DNA from: Escherichia phage vB_EcoM-Sa45lw
Sequence record: MK977694.1
Strand: one strand, 5' to 3'
DNA length: 64,000 nt
In this document: in pieces, positions 57,995 through 64,000 of the stretch
Numbering within the stretch: the first letter of the stretch is position 1
Layout: each line of letters starts with the position of its first letter
Notes under the pieces: model-generated
The model's input: only the letters and a program-made list of their open reading frames with translations
Databases searched by the model: none
What the model was told of the DNA's origin: nothing
Program-made: the position numbers and the translations under genes

Positions 57995-58445
57995 AATCCA
58001 CCACTATTAAATCAATATCAGGAGTAAACATGTCGATTAATTTAGAAACCTTATCCCAATCGCCGCCAGCAATACCACAACCTATGCGTGGAATGTAAAT
58101 TACTGGTTTAAACAAAAGGGTTTCTGCCTGTAGATTTAATTCTATCATGCAGTTTACTAAAGCACCATAATCAAGATTAGGACCTGGTTCGTATTGCGTA
58201 TACAAGTTATAACATATGCCAAAACCATTAGGTTTATGTTTAAAAACAATAGACATATCGCCTAATTTATCACGAGAACCGTACTCAGTAGTGGTTTTAT
58301 CTATTTCTAAAATTTTGGGATAGGCTCTTGCTAATTGACCCGCTACACCTGAACCCATAGTATGAAAACAATTGCACCCGTGCGCAATAATATTACCTTG
58401 AAGAAATAGGGCGACAATATCGCCCTTGATATATTTTACAATCAT
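57966..58445 (-). CDS. possible macro-domain-like protein
   Basis: 159-aa ORF; GDI...HGCNCF..MGSGVAG resembles macro-domain glycine loop; not verified. Confidence 0.45.
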   Translation of the reverse strand: MIVKYIKGDIVALFLQGNIIAHGCNCFHTMGSGVAGQLARAYPKILEIDKTTTEYGSRDKLGDMSIVFKHKPNGFGICYNLYTQYEPGPNLDYGALVNCMIELNLQAETLLFKPVIYIPRIGCGIAGGDWDKVSKLIDMFTPDIDLIVVDYESTLPTSV

Positions 58446-58783
58446 CTAGTACTCAATCCTCGATTATAAGAATCTACCAAACGGTCAACCATTGAATGAC
58501 AAGCGGCTTTATCTTTCTCCTCCGCAACTGAACATTCTAAGGTATTCCACTTTTTAGCATATCGTTTTAACAATGTATCATTTTTGTATCTGCTTGATTT
58601 ATCTCTTTCTCCGTCTTTATATGCATATATTAATTTCTGCGCAAATTCAGCTTGGCATGCTTTATTTTTCCCGCAATAATCCGCTGCAGTACGGTTTACA
58701 TACTCTCTAATTTCAGTATATGATGTATCTGCTAACGCAGAAAATGAAATTAATCCTATACATAAAACCAAAATTTTAGTCAT
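58442..58783 (-). CDS. secreted protein (vs-position)
   Basis: 113-aa ORF with signal peptide. Confidence 0.5.
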   Translation of the reverse strand: MTKILVLCIGLISFSALADTSYTEIREYVNRTAADYCGKNKACQAEFAQKLIYAYKDGERDKSSRYKNDTLLKRYAKKWNTLECSVAEEKDKAACHSMVDRLVDSYNRGLSTR

Positions 58784-59321
58784 TTACTATTTCCAAAAGT
58801 TTATTATTTTTAAGGTAATTAGCCTTTTCTAGGACTTCAGAAGCATATTTAGAACCTGCTTTAACATTCCATCCCGAATTATAAGAGGATATTGCTTTTC
58901 TTATATCGCCCTTATGTATATTTAACCAATAAGAAAGTTCAATGTACGCCCAGGAAGCTGAATTGGACCGTTTATTCAACATTCTTTTTATTTCAGCATC
59001 GGTCATATTATAACCAAGTTCCTTAACTCTTGCTCGCATAGTAGGCAAATAATTTTGGAACATTCCGTAGGCGTGATGCTTTGGTTTAGATTTTAAATTA
59101 ACTCCGCCAGAGCTTTCTTGCCATAAAATAGCAGCCATTATATGACCTAATCCACTCTTGTGAATGTTTTTGTGTGTTTTATATTTTCCATCCTTAGAAA
59201 ATTGTTCCCCGAATTGATACGCGTAACGCATGTTATCGAGTTGGACATTACTGAAAGTATGCTCGGAGCTATGTGCCATCATTGAAATGGCCAATAGACC
59301 AGCGAGTAGTGCTTTTCTCAT
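58776..59321 (-). CDS. lytic-transglycosylase-like periplasmic protein (vs.1-position)
   Basis: 181-aa ORF; signal peptide; catalytic-type LWQESSG motif. Confidence 0.6.
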   Translation of the reverse strand: MRKALLAGLLAISMMAHSSEHTFSNVQLDNMRYAYQFGEQFSKDGKYKTHKNIHKSGLGHIMAAILWQESSGGVNLKSKPKHHAYGMFQNYLPTMRARVKELGYNMTDAEIKRMLNKRSNSASWAYIELSYWLNIHKGDIRKAISSYNSGWNVKAGSKYASEVLEKANYLKNNKLLEIVND

Positions 59322-59328
59322 GCTTACC

Positions 59329-59790
59329 TCATTGAGTTTTAATTACTGCTTTAGAAGCCTTTCCTGGTAAACGACGACTGTTGATAATTGCCATTCTACA
59401 TTGAAGTGACGGGTCTTTGAACTTCGCATTAGGTTTACAAACCGTAAATCCAAGCCAAAGATTTCCATCTGTAATTTCCAAACGCCCAGGACGATATTCA
59501 ACCCCATCAATAAAATCCTCGTCAATGTCAGGACGCGGAGGCATACTCAGGAATTCATTAACTTCTAAAACATGGTCTTTTATTTTGTGGAATAATTCAA
59601 AAACATATGTCTCATCAATCTCCCGTTGAATTGCACGATCAAGAAGATGTTGAGAATATTTTAGATGAAACGATGAGACTCCTGCTGCTTTTGATGCCTC
59701 ACGAATCTCATTGTTAATTTGACGAAACTCCGACTCAAAATGACGACGAAGCTTATTTCGACGGATAAAAACTTCTGTATTGATAGTCAT
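59329..59790 (-). CDS. regB: endoribonuclease RegB
   Basis: 153-aa ORF, T4 RegB length and position. Confidence 0.82.
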   Translation of the reverse strand: MTINTEVFIRRNKLRRHFESEFRQINNEIREASKAAGVSSFHLKYSQHLLDRAIQREIDETYVFELFHKIKDHVLEVNEFLSMPPRPDIDEDFIDGVEYRPGRLEITDGNLWLGFTVCKPNAKFKDPSLQCRMAIINSRRLPGKASKAVIKTQ

Positions 59791-59817
59791 GTTGTTCTCC
59801 TCTTAACTGATAGAAAA

Positions 59818-59847
59818 ATTATACCACAGTCAAGAGGAAAAGTAAAC
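59818..59847 (-). promoter_or_regulatory. T4-type early promoter
   Basis: GTTTAC, 18 bp, TATAAT. Confidence 0.65.
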
Positions 59848-59849
59848 AG

Positions 59850-60128
59850 TTATTCTTTAAATCTAATCAATTTATTCATAGACTTTGAAACTTCTGCACG
59901 AACCTCATGTAGATTTTTGAGCTGTTCAAGACGCTGCGTATAGTAAGCAATTTCATCTTCTTCGAGACAGTCCTGTGAATCTTCTTTAAGATAACGCGCA
60001 TAATCCTGGAAAGCTTTACGGACTACTTCCTGGAAGTCATCAAGACTTTGAATTTTCTTAGGAGCGGCAGATACACGACGAGGTGCAGTATAATACTCAT
60101 AACCAAACCCTGCGCTTAATTGAGCCAT
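59850..60128 (-). CDS. hypothetical protein (vs.3-position)
   Basis: 92 aa from ATG at 60128. Confidence 0.5.
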   Translation of the reverse strand: MAQLSAGFGYEYYTAPRRVSAAPKKIQSLDDFQEVVRKAFQDYARYLKEDSQDCLEEDEIAYYTQRLEQLKNLHEVRAEVSKSMNKLIRFKE

Positions 60129-60430
60129 TAGTATTTTTCCTCTGGTTGGAACACTGCGCGACAAGCCCACATACTAGCTTCTTTGAGTTTCGTTTTAGCA
60201 ATAGTTAACTGATCGAGGCTTTCAGCATAATTCTTCGCGAGTTCATCATCTTCACAGCTATCGAATGCTTCCCAGAATTCATCGTATAAAGCATCAAAGA
60301 TAAGTCCTAAACGAACTTCAGCGTCTTTGATAGCATTCACTTTACCGATTTTCTCTTCAGTATGCGGCTTATAACCTTTAATGTCTTCAATCATATTTGA
60401 CTTCCTCACCAGTACATAAATCATATTCAA
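60128..60430 (-). CDS. hypothetical protein (vs.4-position; possible Acb2-like nucleotide sponge)
   Basis: 100-aa ORF at the position where T4 encodes vs.4; assignment positional only. Confidence 0.45.
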   Translation of the reverse strand: MNMIYVLVRKSNMIEDIKGYKPHTEEKIGKVNAIKDAEVRLGLIFDALYDEFWEAFDSCEDDELAKNYAESLDQLTIAKTKLKEASMWACRAVFQPEEKY

Positions 60431-60608
60431 CTAAACGAATAGGTTCATGAATGCCATATCCTTGAACAGAAATTTCTGTCGTAGGATAAATTCCATCAAT
60501 ATCACCCATATTCCAGGCTTCATTAAATTGCTGTTCGCCTGAATTACTAAACCACTCGGCGAAAGCATTTAGCACATCTTTAGAACCTTCAATAATTATC
60601 TTTGCCAT
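60387..60608 (-). CDS. hypothetical protein
   Basis: 73-aa ORF. Confidence 0.5.
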   Translation of the reverse strand: MAKIIIEGSKDVLNAFAEWFSNSGEQQFNEAWNMGDIDGIYPTTEISVQGYGIHEPIRLVEYDLCTGEEVKYD

Positions 60609-60970
60609 TACAAACTCTCAGTAAAGGTACGAGCGATAACGTCGCGCTGCTGTTCCGGAGTCAGAGAGTTAAAGCGAACTGCATATCCGGATACACGGAT
60701 GGTCAGCTGCGGATATTTTTCCGGATGCTTAACTGCATCTTCCAGAGTTTCGCGACGCAGAACGTTAACGTTCAGGTGTTGACCACCTTCAATTTTAACT
60801 GTAGGCTGTGGCTCAATTTCAATTTCACGGGCATGCAAACCATAGAAAATTTCTGGGTCTACAAAAGAGTCCTCTTTAAAGGTTTTAGAAACGATAATTC
60901 GTGCTTGAATACCATCTTCAAAATAAATAGTACCTTTATGTGTGCCTTCAAGAATTTGATATGCTTTCAT
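60608..60970 (-). CDS. GrcA/YfiD-like autonomous glycyl radical cofactor
   Basis: 120-aa ORF; C-terminal half matches the E. coli GrcA/PflB glycyl-radical domain incl. [13 protein letters not shown]. Confidence 0.8.
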   Translation of the reverse strand: MKAYQILEGTHKGTIYFEDGIQARIIVSKTFKEDSFVDPEIFYGLHAREIEIEPQPTVKIEGGQHLNVNVLRRETLEDAVKHPEKYPQLTIRVSGYAVRFNSLTPEQQRDVIARTFTESL

Positions 60971-60977
60971 ATAAACC

Positions 60978-61307
60978 TCAATTAGAAAATAAATTTATCC
61001 AAGATTGTTCTTTAATTAAAAACGGCTCAGAATCATATGCCATTAAACTTTGGGTAATTAATCCTTTAAAAGGTCCATCAATAAATTCCATGGTAAAATA
61101 TGGAATTTTATTCATTAACTGCGCGTTAGGAGCAGTGCACAAAACTCTGCATCCTTTGAATACGCCTTTTTGTAATTTGTATTGCTTGGGATAAAATTCG
61201 CTCAAAATGTTATTATTTGCCAAAATTTCAAAATGATTCACCAATTTATTTTTAATAGTTTTTGGCGAAAAATAAAGATATTCGAAAAGCTGTGTGTCTG
61301 TCATCAT
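60978..61307 (-). CDS. hypothetical protein
   Basis: 109-aa ORF. Confidence 0.5.
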   Translation of the reverse strand: MMTDTQLFEYLYFSPKTIKNKLVNHFEILANNNILSEFYPKQYKLQKGVFKGCRVLCTAPNAQLMNKIPYFTMEFIDGPFKGLITQSLMAYDSEPFLIKEQSWINLFSN

Positions 61308-61846
61308 TGCATTCCAATCACAAAAAATTGAGGACGAACTGTTTCACCTGTTTCAGCATTATAGCTTCGACAACAGTGTTGTACCGTTTTAATATGGATA
61401 TTGTAAATCTTATCCATATCAGGAGCTTTAATAGGTTCGTCAATTATGTACAAGATACGAGAAAGCGATAACCCACGGAATTTATGACCTTCATTACCGA
61501 TAAAACTACGGACAGAATCAGTAAATAAACGGAATCGAATATCATCATTAGAATAACGCGAAAATTCCTTTTTAATGTTATTTGCAGAAATTTTAGCGTA
61601 AGCTGAAGTATTAGAAAGAACAATAACTGTTCCGCCATCATACAGCCAATTAGCAGCAAAGTTAGTCACAGCAATTGATTTACCGGATTGACGTCCACCA
61701 TCTATACGAAGTGTGCAGTACTGTTTGAGCACATCTTCCATTGGTGGAAGATAATCATTCTTACAAATTTCTTCTACTCTAGCATCAGAATGGTGTGTAA
61801 AAGCATTCATCAGGGATAGATAAGGACCAGTTAAAAATGTTCTCAT
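61304..61846 (-). CDS. hypothetical P-loop-containing protein
   Basis: 180 aa from ATG at 61846; GGRQSGKS; track N-terminal extension runs into a GC-rich island. Confidence 0.5.
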   Translation of the reverse strand: MRTFLTGPYLSLMNAFTHHSDARVEEICKNDYLPPMEDVLKQYCTLRIDGGRQSGKSIAVTNFAANWLYDGGTVIVLSNTSAYAKISANNIKKEFSRYSNDDIRFRLFTDSVRSFIGNEGHKFRGLSLSRILYIIDEPIKAPDMDKIYNIHIKTVQHCCRSYNAETGETVRPQFFVIGMQ

Positions 61847-61987
61847 TTTATTCTCTCTAAGTTTGGGCCATTCCGTGGCGCATGAATTGTCCATTTCTGT
61901 ATTTACCCATTACCGCACTTGGGCTCGACCTTATCACAGGTTGGCGGGAATCCCTCACAGAATCATGAGGTCCAGGTTGTTCCCATA

Positions 61988-62461
61988 TTATTTGAACGAT
62001 TTAACGTACTGAATAGAACCCTTACTATTCACAAAGGCAATTTTACCATTTTTATTATACATGGTAGCAGTACGCTGATAACCATAGGTTTGTTTACCAG
62101 ATTGATAACCAACTAATGCAAAATTATCTTCACCCATTTTATTCTGTTTAGCGCGAATGCGTTCATGACCATGTGCCATAAGAACCTTAGCATCACCAGT
62201 TGCAATGGATCGACGAGTTTTTTCATCTTCAACTGCATTAACAAAGTCGTCAAATGAATCAAATTTAGCATGAGATTTATTATACAATTTTCCATCTACT
62301 GCATAATTATATCCCTGTACATCCATTTCAACTTCTGTACCATCATCCAATACAGCAGTAATTTTTTGACCTTTTTTAAATTTCAAAAGATCAGTAAAAG
62401 ATTCAGCAATAATTTGAGAATTAATAGCTGCTTCAGTGATAAATTCTTGATATGTTTTCAT
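61988..62461 (-). CDS. hypothetical protein
   Basis: 157-aa ORF upstream of denV. Confidence 0.5.
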   Translation of the reverse strand: MKTYQEFITEAAINSQIIAESFTDLLKFKKGQKITAVLDDGTEVEMDVQGYNYAVDGKLYNKSHAKFDSFDDFVNAVEDEKTRRSIATGDAKVLMAHGHERIRAKQNKMGEDNFALVGYQSGKQTYGYQRTATMYNKNGKIAFVNSKGSIQYVKSFK

Positions 62462-62470
62462 GGGTTTCCT

Positions 62471-62887
62471 TTAAATGTAAATATTTTTACCGTAATACTT
62501 ATACCAATGTGGTTTCATTAAAATTTTTTCATCAAGTCGTTGTTGACTCAATTTAATAGCTGATTTGCATGGATTATAATCATTTTTCCATTCTATTGGA
62601 ATATCGCTGATGTCAGGAACTTCAGTATCTTTTATACTGAACCCGCGTTTTAAGCATTCCGTTATAATGTCTAATTGACGCTTTCGCAAAAATTCTAACT
62701 TATCGTAAAAGAACGTAACATGACCAGAACCTAAAATAAACTCGGAAGATATTTTAAAATCTTTAACGCGCTTACCGTTTGCCACATGCTTACGAACTAT
62801 ACCAAAAACACGCGGCAATTCACGGTATTCTGCGATTAAATGTTGATCAGCAAGTTCAGATACTAAAGTCAAATTAATACGAGTCAT
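62471..62887 (-). CDS. denV: endonuclease V (pyrimidine dimer glycosylase)
   Basis: 138-aa ORF; N-terminal [17 protein letters not shown] matches T4 DenV. Confidence 0.92.
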   Translation of the reverse strand: MTRINLTLVSELADQHLIAEYRELPRVFGIVRKHVANGKRVKDFKISSEFILGSGHVTFFYDKLEFLRKRQLDIITECLKRGFSIKDTEVPDISDIPIEWKNDYNPCKSAIKLSQQRLDEKILMKPHWYKYYGKNIYI

Positions 62888-62912
62888 TTTATCCCTCCAA
62901 GTAACTGTGAAT

Positions 62913-62942
62913 ATACTATCACAATTCTAGGAGAAAGTAAAC
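62913..62942 (-). promoter_or_regulatory. T4-type early promoter
   Basis: GTTTAC with TAGTAT 18 bp downstream. Confidence 0.55.
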
Positions 62943-62946
62943 AACT

Positions 62947-63934
<988 letters not shown>

Positions 63935-64000
63935 TCAGTGATAAAGTTATTTAAATTTTGAGTATATTTCTTTTCATCAAAAATCTTTTGTTGTCTGCGT

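Noticed and set aside
61895-61987. tRNA gene in the GC-rich island
   Set aside because: No cloverleaf could be drawn; the only T-arm-like segment (GGTCGAGCC) lacks a TTC loop and no acceptor stem pairs. Kept as an unexplained island in findings.

Overview
This window reads as a contiguous early/middle-gene region of a T4-like (T-even, Tevenvirinae) Escherichia phage, colinear with the T4 map from rIIA to e/nudE. Almost every gene is on the minus strand. No database search was possible: calls rest on ORF length, gene order and motifs recalled from T4, so names are established-knowledge matches, not alignments. Confident core genes include rIIA, a fused topoisomerase II large subunit (39+60), dexA, dda, modA/modB, soc, 56, 61, dmd, 41, uvsX, 42, imm, 43, regA, 62, 44, 45, rpbA, 46, 47, alpha-gt, 55, nrdG, nrdD, 49, nrdC, rI, tk, regB, denV, e and nudE. 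The regulatory layout is readable directly: repeated T4-type early promoters (GTTTAC -35, 18-bp spacer, TATAAT-like -10), MotA-box middle promoters upstream of 45 and 56, TATAAATA late promoters upstream of soc and e, and about ten C(UUCG)G intercistronic hairpins. No rRNA, tRNA, CRISPR array or homing endonuclease was recognised. Differences from canonical T4 are the fused 39/60 gene, an intronless nrdD, no ipII/ipIII between denV and e, and an unrelated 282-aa GT-A-like glycosyltransferase at the beta-gt locus. The best candidates for something undescribed are an AAA+ ATPase / nucleotidyltransferase / membrane-protein cluster (51034..53589), four tandem coiled-coil paralogs (45614..49591), a GrcA-like glycyl-radical protein, and a lone plus-strand membrane ORF between genes 56 and 61. 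Several sub-60-aa genes missed by the ORF track are proposed from translational-coupling overlaps.
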